Positions 42,686-50,908 of a stretch of 64,000 nt of DNA are shown here, piece by piece. The DNA comes from an uncultured Dehalococcoidia bacterium. Lineage in GTDB: Bacteria > Chloroflexota > Dehalococcoidia > Lucifugimonadales > Australimonadaceae. Both the position numbers and the translations under genes were made by a program. Location of the stretch: assembly GCA_964560025.1 (NCBI GenBank), contig CAZLKC010000002.1:11602-75601 (forward strand). The letters run 5' to 3'. Numbering within the stretch: the stretch's first letter is position 1; every line of letters starts with the position of its first letter. The notes under the pieces are model-generated. The model did not search any database and was not told the DNA's origin. It was given only the letters and a program-made list of their open reading frames with translations.

Positions 42686-42712
42686 CTCTTCGAGTTCGCT
42701 CAGGGCGAACGG
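42686..42712 (+). repeat. REP-like repeat, copy 8
   Basis: ctcttcgagttcgctcagggcgaacgg; extended similarity 42673-42715 to 43026-43075. Confidence 0.6.
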
Positions 42713-42801
42713 TCGGCGTATATGCTGGCGCGTAAGGAAGTCCGGCGGCGGGTGGTTGAACCTGCCGCGGCGCTCGTAGCGGGCGTAAGGGGGTACGCGC
42801 A

Positions 42802-43023
42802 ATGAGGGAGATGCCGATTTCGGGGTGGGCGATCATCGGCGCGGTGGTCGGCGCGGGGGTAGGCGTCGTCGTTGGCCTGCTGGTTGCCCAAGCCCTCGTC
42901 GGGCAGGGCATCCTGGGGGACGAGGCCGCCGGTTGGGGGCGCTTTGCCCTGGCGCTCATCGGCGCCGCTGTCGTCGGCCTGTTGGGCGTTGGGATGGGCG
43001 ACTGGGCAACGAGAAGGTTCTGA
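42802..43023 (+). CDS. Small Gly/Val-rich membrane protein (73 aa, two hydrophobic segments)
   Basis: GWAIIGAVVGAGVGVVVGLLVAQALV ... FALALIGAAVVGLLGVGMG. No family recognised. Confidence 0.4.
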   Translation: MREMPISGWAIIGAVVGAGVGVVVGLLVAQALVGQGILGDEAAGWGRFALALIGAAVVGLLGVGMGDWATRRF

Positions 43024-43043
43024 TTCGCGCCGCTGCTGAGCGT

Positions 43044-43072
43044 CGCCCTTCGAGTTCCCTCAGGGCGAACGG
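43044..43072 (+). repeat. REP-like repeat, copy 9
   Basis: cgcccttcgagttccctcagggcgaacgg (consensus copy). Confidence 0.65.
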
Positions 43073-43084
43073 TCGAGGCATGGG

Positions 43085-43927
43085 CTAGTGGGTGAGGAAG
43101 TCTAGGACGAGGCGGTTGAACTCGTCGCGGTGCTCGTATTGGACGAAGTGGCCTGCGCCGCGCCAGATGTGGACGCGCAGGTTGGGGATCTCGCCCATCG
43201 CGCGCAGCACGCCCTCCACGGGCACCATCCAGTCCTGCCCGCCCCATAGCAGGAGCGTCTCGGCCTTCAGGTTGGCGGCCTCGCGCTGGAGGTTGCTCAT
43301 ATTGGCGCTGCCGCCGAATCGGGCGGCGGCCTCGAGGTGGCCGGGGATGGTTGCGGCGGCGAAGCGGCGGTCGACCAGCTCCTTGCTGCGCAGCGCGGGA
43401 TTGGGGATGAAGTAGTCCATCATCCGCTGCATGCGCTCGTAGGTTGGCTCTTCGCGGAACTCCATCAGCGTCTTGATGCCCTCGGCGGGCGTGGGAGAGA
43501 GCATCAGCGGCAGGCCGGTGGAGGCGTAGGAGGCTTGGAGGATGAGTTTGCCGGTGCGGCCGGGGTAGTCGAGGCCGAAGCGGACGCCGAATGGGCCGCT
43601 GAAGGAGGAGCAGTAGAGGTGGGTGGTCTCGATGCCGAGGTGGTCGAGCAGGCCGCGCATCAGTCCGGCGAGGAAGCCGTCGACGGTCTTGCCCTGGGGG
43701 AGCGCGGCGGTCTTGTCGGAGCCGCCGTAGCCGGGGAGGTCTACCAGCAGCATGCGGAAGTGCTTGGAGAGTTCGGGGACGTTGAAGCGGGTGTTGTCCC
43801 ACGCGTTGGCGCCGGGGCCGCCGCCGTGGAAGGTCATCAGCGCGGGGCCGGAGCCGACGTCGTTGTAGTGGAGTTCGACGCCGTCGATGGTGGCGTAGCG
43901 GTCGGAGTCTGCCTTGTCGAGGGTCAC
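43085..43927 (-). CDS. Alpha/beta hydrolase, meta-cleavage-product (C-C bond) hydrolase-like, paralog 1
   Basis: 280 aa. FHGGGPGANAW, GAGHFVQYEH. Nucleophile elbow reads CSSFS instead of GxSxG. Confidence 0.8.
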   Translation of the reverse strand: MTLDKADSDRYATIDGVELHYNDVGSGPALMTFHGGGPGANAWDNTRFNVPELSKHFRMLLVDLPGYGGSDKTAALPQGKTVDGFLAGLMRGLLDHLGIETTHLYCSSFSGPFGVRFGLDYPGRTGKLILQASYASTGLPLMLSPTPAEGIKTLMEFREEPTYERMQRMMDYFIPNPALRSKELVDRRFAAATIPGHLEAAARFGGSANMSNLQREAANLKAETLLLWGGQDWMVPVEGVLRAMGEIPNLRVHIWRGAGHFVQYEHRDEFNRLVLDFLTH

Positions 43928-43949
43928 GCGGTCTCTCCTGCGGGCGGGG

Positions 43950-44780
43950 TTAGTCGGTGAGGAAGCGGATGACGAGGCGGTTCCACTCGTCGGCGCGCTC
44001 GTACTGGGGCCAGTGGCCGCATCCCGCGCCGAAGAGGTGGAGGCGCGCGTTGGGCATCTCCCACATCGCGGCGAGGGCGCGGTCCATCGGCACGTCGCGG
44101 TCGGCGGCGCCCCAGATGATGAGGGTGGGGGCGGCGACGCGTCCGATGAAGTTGAGCAGCCCCTCCATCGGGCCGGAGATGTTGCCGCGCGCCTCCTGGT
44201 AACCGGGCGCGTGGGCGGCGGCGTAGCGGAGTTCGATCGCCTCGTCGCGTAGTTCGGGGCGCGATATCTGGATCTCCATCACCTCGCGCAGGCGCTCCAT
44301 CGTCGGCTCGCGCCCGAAGGCGGCGGTGTAGGCGGCGCCCTCGACGGGCATAGGGTTGAAGAGGCTCTTGCCCAGGCCGGTGGGCGCGTCGACGACGATG
44401 CGGCCGACGCGCTCGGGGTGAAGCGCGGCGAGTTTGAGGACGGGGCCCGCGCCGGGCGAGCCGCCGTAGAAGTGGGCGCGGTCGATGCCGAGGGCGTCGA
44501 GGAAGTCGCGCAGCACGCGGGCATAGAAGTCGAGGCGCGGCTCGCTGCTCTTCACCTGCTTGTCGGAGCCGCCCTGGGGCGGCAGGTTGACGAGCATGGT
44601 GCGGAAGCGCTGGGAGAGGGCGTGAAGGTTACGGCGGTTCTGCCCCCATGCGGTTGCGCCGAACGCGGTTGCGGCGACGCAGACGAGGGGCGGCCCGTCG
44701 CCCGCCTCGTGGTAGTGGACGCGGACGCCGTTGGCGTCGGCGTAGCGGCTGGTGTTCTCGGCGGTGAGCGTCATCGCCAT
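43950..44780 (-). CDS. Alpha/beta hydrolase, C-C hydrolase-like, paralog 2 (divergent)
   Basis: 276 aa from ATG 44780. GGSPG elbow and GCGHWPQYE retained, but the HGGGPG oxyanion motif is replaced by VAATAFGA. Confidence 0.75.
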   Translation of the reverse strand: MAMTLTAENTSRYADANGVRVHYHEAGDGPPLVCVAATAFGATAWGQNRRNLHALSQRFRTMLVNLPPQGGSDKQVKSSEPRLDFYARVLRDFLDALGIDRAHFYGGSPGAGPVLKLAALHPERVGRIVVDAPTGLGKSLFNPMPVEGAAYTAAFGREPTMERLREVMEIQISRPELRDEAIELRYAAAHAPGYQEARGNISGPMEGLLNFIGRVAAPTLIIWGAADRDVPMDRALAAMWEMPNARLHLFGAGCGHWPQYERADEWNRLVIRFLTD

Positions 44781-44827
44781 TGCGTCGCTCTCCTTGCGCG
44801 CCGGAGGGCTGCGCCCGCGGCTAGGGG

Positions 44828-45667
44828 CTAGTCGTTGGCGATGAAGTCCATAATGAGGCGGTTGAACTCGTCGGACTTCTCGTACTGCACCCAGTGGCCG
44901 CACTCGGGGAAGACGTGCACCTGCGCGTCGGGGATGCGCCAGAGCATATTCAGCGCGAAGTCGAGGGGCGAGAAGCGGTCGTCGCGCCCCCAGATGATGA
45001 GCGTCTTGGCCTGCACCTTGTGCAGTTCGGAGGTGAAGTCGGGGGTGACGCGGTTGGTGGAGTTGCGGCGCGCCTCGATGTGCTGCGGGCGGCTGAGGCC
45101 CGCGTTGTGGCGCATGTCGATCAGTTCGTCCGTCTTGAACTTCTCGTCGTAGACGAAGAGGTCGACGATCTTGGCCATCTGCTCGCGGGAGGGGTTGTCC
45201 CACCACGCGTTCAGCGCCTTGATGCCCTCGAGCGGACGGGGCATGAAGTAGGAGGGGCCGCTGCCGGCCGGGCCCATCACGACGAGTTTGCCGACGCGGT
45301 CGGGGTAGTCGATGGCGAAGCGCAGGGAGGTGGCGCCGCCGAAGGAGTTGCCGATGAAGTGGGCCTTGTCGACGCCCAGTTCGTCGAACATCGCCTTGAT
45401 GGAGGCGGCGTTGTAGCGGGTGGCGTCGCCGTTGATGACGACGGGGTCGGACTTGCCGTACTGGGGCAGGTCGAGCAGCATCGTGCGGTAGGTCTCGGAG
45501 AAGGCGCCGATGTTGGTGCGGAAGTTGCTCCAGCCGGAGGCGCCGGGGCCGCCGCCGTGCAGCATAATCACCGCCTCGCCCGAGCCCGCCTCGTTGTAGT
45601 GGAGGCGGATGTCCCCGGCCTGGACGTACTTGCTGGTGCTCTCTTCGGTGAGGGTCTGTGTCGCCAT
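44828..45667 (-). CDS. Alpha/beta hydrolase, C-C hydrolase-like, paralog 3
   Basis: 279 aa from ATG 45667. MLHGGGPGASGW, GNSFGG, WGRDD, CGHWVQYE. Confidence 0.85.
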   Translation of the reverse strand: MATQTLTEESTSKYVQAGDIRLHYNEAGSGEAVIMLHGGGPGASGWSNFRTNIGAFSETYRTMLLDLPQYGKSDPVVINGDATRYNAASIKAMFDELGVDKAHFIGNSFGGATSLRFAIDYPDRVGKLVVMGPAGSGPSYFMPRPLEGIKALNAWWDNPSREQMAKIVDLFVYDEKFKTDELIDMRHNAGLSRPQHIEARRNSTNRVTPDFTSELHKVQAKTLIIWGRDDRFSPLDFALNMLWRIPDAQVHVFPECGHWVQYEKSDEFNRLIMDFIAND

Positions 45668-45705
45668 AGTCGCGCCTCTCTGATGCTTCGGTGTTTCGCG
45701 GGGGG

Positions 45706-46542
45706 CTAGCCGAGGAAGTCGAGCAGCAGGCGGTTGAAGCCGTCGGCGTGCTCGTACTGCGCCCAGTGGCCGCAGCGGGGGAAGACGTGCAGCCGCGCGT
45801 TGGGGATGTGCCACATAAACTTCAGGGCGTGGTCGAGGGGGACGAACAGGTCGTCCCGTCCCCAGACTACGAGGGAGGGCGCCTTGATCTTGCCCAACTC
45901 CATCGTGAGGTCGGGCAGCATCGGGTTGGAGCGCCGCTGGCCGTCGATGTGCTCGGGGTGCTCCAGCAGGCCCGCGACGCGCTGCTCCAGCAGTTCCTCC
46001 GTTACGAATGAGGAGTCGTAGACGAAGAGGTCGATCATCTCGCGGAAGGACTCTTTGGTCTGCTTGACGTAGACGTCGCGCAGCGCCTTGATGCCCTCCA
46101 TCGGCAGCGGGTTGAAGAGGCTCTTGCCGCCGCCCGCCGCGCCCATCAGCACCAGTTTCTCCACGCGCTCGGGGTTTTGGATGGCGACGACGGCGGAGGT
46201 TCCGCCGCCCATCGAATTGCCAACGAAGCTGGCCTTGTCGATGCCGAGCGCGTCGAGGAAGTCGACGAAGATGCGGGCGTTCTCGTGCAGGCGGTCGGAG
46301 TCGGCGCCGATGACGATGGGGTCGGACTTGCCGAAGCCGGGCATGTCGACGAGCAGGACGCGGTAGCGCTCCGACATAGGGCCGATGTTGCGGACGAAGT
46401 TGCTCCATCCGCTGGCGCCGGGGCCGCCGCCGTGGATGAAGATGACGGGATGGCCGGAGCCGGCTTCGTTGTAGTGGATCTTGAAGCCGTTGGCGTCGGC
46501 GTAGCGGCTGGTGCTCGCTTCGGTCAGGGTCTGCGTGGCCAT
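45706..46542 (-). CDS. Alpha/beta hydrolase, C-C hydrolase-like, paralog 4
   Basis: 278 aa. IHGGGPGASGW, GNSMGG, WGRDD, CGHWAQYE. N-terminus MATQTLTE is shared with paralog 3. Confidence 0.85.
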   Translation of the reverse strand: MATQTLTEASTSRYADANGFKIHYNEAGSGHPVIFIHGGGPGASGWSNFVRNIGPMSERYRVLLVDMPGFGKSDPIVIGADSDRLHENARIFVDFLDALGIDKASFVGNSMGGGTSAVVAIQNPERVEKLVLMGAAGGGKSLFNPLPMEGIKALRDVYVKQTKESFREMIDLFVYDSSFVTEELLEQRVAGLLEHPEHIDGQRRSNPMLPDLTMELGKIKAPSLVVWGRDDLFVPLDHALKFMWHIPNARLHVFPRCGHWAQYEHADGFNRLLLDFLG

Positions 46543-46618
46543 AGGCGCCTCCTCGGGAACTGCGAGGCCAACGCTACCAAATCGGCGCGGGCTGTCAAGC
46601 GGGGGCGCGCCGGGGCGC

Positions 46619-47470
46619 CTAGCCGTATTCGAGCGCCTCTTTCAGTTCGAAGATGCGCGCGTCCACCTCTTGGGAGATGGCGGGGGGCATAGGCGCTTCG
46701 CGGTTGAGGTAGGTGTCGAGCAGCTCTAGTTCATCGAATATCTGGAAGCAGTCCACGTCGCGCTGGAGCCACGCGGAGAGGTACTGAGTGCGGGTGGCCA
46801 CGTCCTTGGCGATGGAGAATTGATAGACCTGGCGGAGGTTGTCCTTGAGGTAGGAGATGACGGGCATAAAGTCGGCGTCGCCGCTGATGAGGACGGCCAC
46901 GTCGTAGTTGGGCATCTTGGCGATCATATCGACGGCGATGCCGATGTCCACGCCCTTCTCGCCGAGGCGCGTGCCGAGGTAGTAGAGGGCGCCGTCGTCG
47001 CGGCGTTCGATGCGGTAGGGCTGGTACGGGCGGATGGAGTATTGGCCGACGTACTTGAACTCGAGGAAGTCGGTGTCGCGCTGGAGGTTGGAGAAGACGC
47101 GCTCGCGCAGCGTCTCGAAGTATTGGCGCTCGCGGTCGTACCACTCCTTGGCGGCCTCGGTCACCTCCTCCATCGTGAGGGCGGGCACGTCGTAGCTGTA
47201 GTTGTCGATGATGTTCTGGGCGAGGCGAATGCTCTCCGACCAGGGGGTGATGGAGGCGGCGTGGTACCAGTAGACGCGGACGAGGCGGTGGTCGAGGTGG
47301 GTCGCCTCGTTGAACTTCTCGATGACGCCGGAGAAGAAGTCGCGCCAGTGGAAGTGGCGTTCCTCCAGTTGGTAGGAGGGGTATTCTTCGCCGGAGCGGA
47401 AGGAGAATTGGCGAAGGTTGCTGCGGAAGTTCTGGCCGTCGACGAATACCACGGTGCGGAGCGGGTTCAT
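46619..47470 (-). CDS. NYN/LabA-like (PIN-related) ribonuclease-domain protein
   Basis: 283 aa. VVFVDGQNF ... EKGVDIGIAVDMI ... YDVAVLISGDADFMPVI. Confidence 0.75.
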   Translation of the reverse strand: MNPLRTVVFVDGQNFRSNLRQFSFRSGEEYPSYQLEERHFHWRDFFSGVIEKFNEATHLDHRLVRVYWYHAASITPWSESIRLAQNIIDNYSYDVPALTMEEVTEAAKEWYDRERQYFETLRERVFSNLQRDTDFLEFKYVGQYSIRPYQPYRIERRDDGALYYLGTRLGEKGVDIGIAVDMIAKMPNYDVAVLISGDADFMPVISYLKDNLRQVYQFSIAKDVATRTQYLSAWLQRDVDCFQIFDELELLDTYLNREAPMPPAISQEVDARIFELKEALEYG

Positions 47471-47605
47471 AGGAGATGGTCTCCTTTCAATCTCCGGAGT
47501 GTTGGACGGAATATGAAAAAAGGGGCGGCCTCCGTGGCGGCGATGCTAGCCGCGCGCGGGAGGGCTGTCAACGCCGCTCCGGAGGCGGGGTAGTATGGGC
47601 GGGCT

Positions 47606-48808
47606 ATGGCGCTAGACCTGAACAAGACGGCGGCGCAACTGGGCGGGCTAACGGCGGGCCTGCGGCAGCGTGGCGAGGCTCGGGCGGACGCGCTCGCGCT
47701 CGCGCTGACGGCGCTGCGCGAGGCCGACCCGGAGGCGGTGGAGGCGCGCCGCGCCGGGGGGCGCGTAACGTGGCTCGTCGCGGGCGTGGAAGAGCCGCTG
47801 CACGCCGCGTTCGCCGCGCCGCCCTTGCCGGACGACTACGCGGCGCTGTCGGTGGACGGCTCGCACGTCGACGTAGACCGCCACTCGCCCGCGCGCTGCT
47901 ACCTCATCAACATCGGCTCGGCGGCGCTGCGCTACGGCGCGCGGCCGGGCGCGGAACTGCGCAGCACGCCGACGCTGTACGCGCGCGACGAGGAGTTGGC
48001 GCTGGCCGACCCTGCGGCGGCGCGCGACGTGGCGGTGGAGGGGCCGCTGCTGGGCATGATGCGCGCGGTCGCCGAGGCGGAGGCGTTAGCCGATCTGGTG
48101 GAGGCGTCGCCGCCGGACATTCCGGCGGTGGCGCTGCTCGACGGCACGCTGGTGCTGTGGGGGCTGACGGGGCAAGGCTACCCGGAGTTCGTGCGAAGGC
48201 GCTTGCTGGAGGAGGGGTTGCTGCCCGCGCTCGACCGCCTGCGCTCAGCCGCCGAGGGGAGAACGCTGGCGGTCGCGTCGTACGTCAGCCTGCCGCGCAG
48301 CACGGAGGTGGTGAACGCGCTGCGCCTGCACGTCTGCCCCTATGAGCGGGTGGACTGCGACGCGCATTGCGGCGCGCTCCGTTCGGGAACGCGCCCGTGC
48401 GACGCAGTAGGCGGCGTTACGGACGGCGAGTTGGCGGCGGCGGCGCTGCGGCCTGGAGAGCGGTCGGCGGCGTTCCGCAGCAACTCGAGCGTGGTGGGCG
48501 AGCACTACGGCCCGCACGCGGTGCGCTTCTTCTACCTGCACGTGGGTGAAGAGGTGGCGCGGGTGGAGACGCCGGAGTGGACGGCGCAGGATTCGCAGGC
48601 GATGGCGCTGCTGCACGGGGCGCTGGTCTCGCAGGCGGACAAAGGTCACGGCTACCCCGTGGCGCTTCAGGAGGCGCACGAGCAGGCGGTGATCAGCGGG
48701 CGCGACCGGCAGGCGTTCGCGCGGCTGGTCGAGGAAGCGATGACGGCGGAGGGGCTGCCGACGGCGACGTCGCAGAAGGCGCGCAGCAAGCGCACCCGGT
48801 GGGTTTAG
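47606..48808 (+). CDS. NurA-domain 5'-3' nuclease
   Basis: 400 aa. LSVDGSHVD, ALLDGTLVLWGL, GHGYPVALQEAHEQAVISG match NurA signatures as I recall them. Confidence 0.7.
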   Translation: MALDLNKTAAQLGGLTAGLRQRGEARADALALALTALREADPEAVEARRAGGRVTWLVAGVEEPLHAAFAAPPLPDDYAALSVDGSHVDVDRHSPARCYLINIGSAALRYGARPGAELRSTPTLYARDEELALADPAAARDVAVEGPLLGMMRAVAEAEALADLVEASPPDIPAVALLDGTLVLWGLTGQGYPEFVRRRLLEEGLLPALDRLRSAAEGRTLAVASYVSLPRSTEVVNALRLHVCPYERVDCDAHCGALRSGTRPCDAVGGVTDGELAAAALRPGERSAAFRSNSSVVGEHYGPHAVRFFYLHVGEEVARVETPEWTAQDSQAMALLHGALVSQADKGHGYPVALQEAHEQAVISGRDRQAFARLVEEAMTAEGLPTATSQKARSKRTRWV

Positions 48809-48893
48809 CGCCGTCCCTGCGCGCCGCGTGGTAGCATCTCGCCGCTCGCGGCGGTCAGCCGCGAGTTTCCATTCGCGCGTTGGAGGAAGCAGG

Positions 48894-50108
48894 GTGAGCG
48901 AGGCAGTGAGGTTCATCGATGGCGGCAGCGTTACGACGCCGCGCGGGTTCACGGCGGGCGCGGTCTACGCGGGCGTGAAGACCTACGCTCAGGACAAGTT
49001 GGACGTGGGCATCCTGCTGTCGGACGCGCCGACCGTAACGGCGGGCGTCTTCACGCTGAATCGCGTCAAGTCGAAGTCGGTGGTGCTGACGCAGGAGCGG
49101 GTGGAGGCGGGGCGCGTCCGCGCGGTGGTCGCGGTGAGCGGCATCGCCAACGCGGTGGTGGAGGCGGGGATGCGGGACGCGGTGGAGACGACGGCGTTGG
49201 CCGCGCGCCAGGCGGGCGTAGAGCCGGAGGAGGTGGCTATCTGCACCACAGGCCTGATCGGCGTGGAGTTGCCGATGGGGCTGGTGCGCGCGGGGGTCGG
49301 GCGCGTCGAACTTTCCCCTCACGGCGGCGACGACTTCGCGCGCAGCATTATGACCACCGACCGTGGGCCGAAGTCGGCGGCGGCGCGGGTGGAGGTCGGC
49401 GGCGCGTCGGTGACGATAGGCGGCTGCGTGAAGGGCGCGGGGATGATTCACCCGCAGATGGCGACGATGCTCGGCTTCTTGACGACGGACGCGGCGGTCG
49501 AGCCGGAGTTCCTGAACCAGGCGCTGACGCAAGCGGTGAACGACACGTTCAATATGGTTACGGTCGACGGCGACGGCAGCACGAACGACACAGTGTTGCT
49601 GCTGGCCAACGGCCAGGCCGGAAACCCGCCGCTGAACGCCGATTCGCCGGGCGCGGCGGCGTTCGCTGCGGGCTTGCGCGCAGTGGCCGACCACCTGTGC
49701 AAGCAGTTGGTGCGGGACGCGGAAGGCTCCGAGCGCATCTTCTCCGTAAGCGTGGAAGGGGCGCGGAGCCGCGATGACGCGCGGGCAGTCGCGCGGGCAG
49801 TCGCTGGGTCGTCGCTGGTGAAGTCGGCGATTCACGGCAGCGACCCGAACTGGGGGCGCGTGCTGGCGGCGGCGGGACGCGCCGGAGCCGAGATCGTCGA
49901 AGAGAAGGTCACCTTCTACATCAACGACGTGTGCATTATGGACGAGGGGTTGCCTATCTCGTTCCATAAGGACGCGGTGGTGGCGATGATGCGTCAGCCG
50001 GAGATCGCGCTCTCCCTCAACCTGGGGCTGGGAGAGGCGTCGGCCACGGCGTGGGGGTGCGAGCTGAGCGAAGAGTACGTGACCTTCAACAGCGCCTACA
50101 CGACCTAG
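48894..50108 (+). CDS. argJ: Bifunctional ornithine acetyltransferase/N-acetylglutamate synthase
   Basis: GTG with GGAGGA upstream. KGAGMIHPQMATMLGFLTTDA (autoproteolytic T site), GSDPNWGR. Confidence 0.9.
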   Translation: MSEAVRFIDGGSVTTPRGFTAGAVYAGVKTYAQDKLDVGILLSDAPTVTAGVFTLNRVKSKSVVLTQERVEAGRVRAVVAVSGIANAVVEAGMRDAVETTALAARQAGVEPEEVAICTTGLIGVELPMGLVRAGVGRVELSPHGGDDFARSIMTTDRGPKSAAARVEVGGASVTIGGCVKGAGMIHPQMATMLGFLTTDAAVEPEFLNQALTQAVNDTFNMVTVDGDGSTNDTVLLLANGQAGNPPLNADSPGAAAFAAGLRAVADHLCKQLVRDAEGSERIFSVSVEGARSRDDARAVARAVAGSSLVKSAIHGSDPNWGRVLAAAGRAGAEIVEEKVTFYINDVCIMDEGLPISFHKDAVVAMMRQPEIALSLNLGLGEASATAWGCELSEEYVTFNSAYTT

Positions 50109-50119
50109 AGGCTTGGAGT

Positions 50120-50896
50120 ATGGCGGGGCAAGGCTCCATCGTTCTCGTGAAGATCGGCGGTTCCACGCTGGGCGCGCAGGACACGGCCATCGCCGACGTG
50201 GCGGCGCTGCGTAAGGAAGGGCGCCGCCCCATCGTGGTGCACGGCGGCGGCGCGATGATCAGCGATTGGATGGGGCGCTTGGGCGTGCAGTCGGAGTTCG
50301 TAGACGGGCTGCGCGTTACGGACGCGGCGAGCGTGGAGGTGGTGGCGGCGGTGCTTGCGGGGGCGGTCAACAAGCGGCTCGTGCAGGAGTTGAGCGCGGC
50401 GGGGGCGACGGCGAGCGGCATATCGGGCGCGGACGGCGGCTTGCTGGAAGGGCGCGTGGATAGGCCGGAGTTGGGGCGCGTCGCCTCGTCGCTCAGGGTT
50501 GACCCGACGCCGCTGACGCGCCTGCTGGACGACGGGTGCGTGCCGGTGGTCGCGCCGCTTGCGCTCGACGGCGCGGAGGAGCGAAATCTGCTGAACGTGA
50601 ACGCGGACACGGCGGCGGGCGCGATTGCGGCGGCGGTCGGCGCCGATTGGCTGGTGTTCCTGACCGACGTCGATGGCGTGCTGGACGCGTCGGGCCGCCT
50701 GCTGCGCCGAGTCTCTCCCGAGCGGGTGGAGCAGTTGATCGGCGAGGGAGTGATCGGCGGGGGGATGATTCCGAAGGCGCGGGCATGCTTGGCGGCGGCG
50801 GAGGCGGGCGTGCGCGGTCATATCGTCAACGGAACGCGGCCAAGCGCGTTGGCGGCGTGTCTGGGCGGCGCGGAGACGGGCACGGCGATCGGGTAA
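50120..50896 (+). CDS. argB: Acetylglutamate kinase
   Basis: Start at the internal ATG. VLVKIGGS, IVVHGGG, GLRVTD, NVNADTAAGAIA. Confidence 0.9.
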   Translation: MAGQGSIVLVKIGGSTLGAQDTAIADVAALRKEGRRPIVVHGGGAMISDWMGRLGVQSEFVDGLRVTDAASVEVVAAVLAGAVNKRLVQELSAAGATASGISGADGGLLEGRVDRPELGRVASSLRVDPTPLTRLLDDGCVPVVAPLALDGAEERNLLNVNADTAAGAIAAAVGADWLVFLTDVDGVLDASGRLLRRVSPERVEQLIGEGVIGGGMIPKARACLAAAEAGVRGHIVNGTRPSALAACLGGAETGTAIG

Positions 50897-50908
50897 GGCG
50901 GGAAAGGG

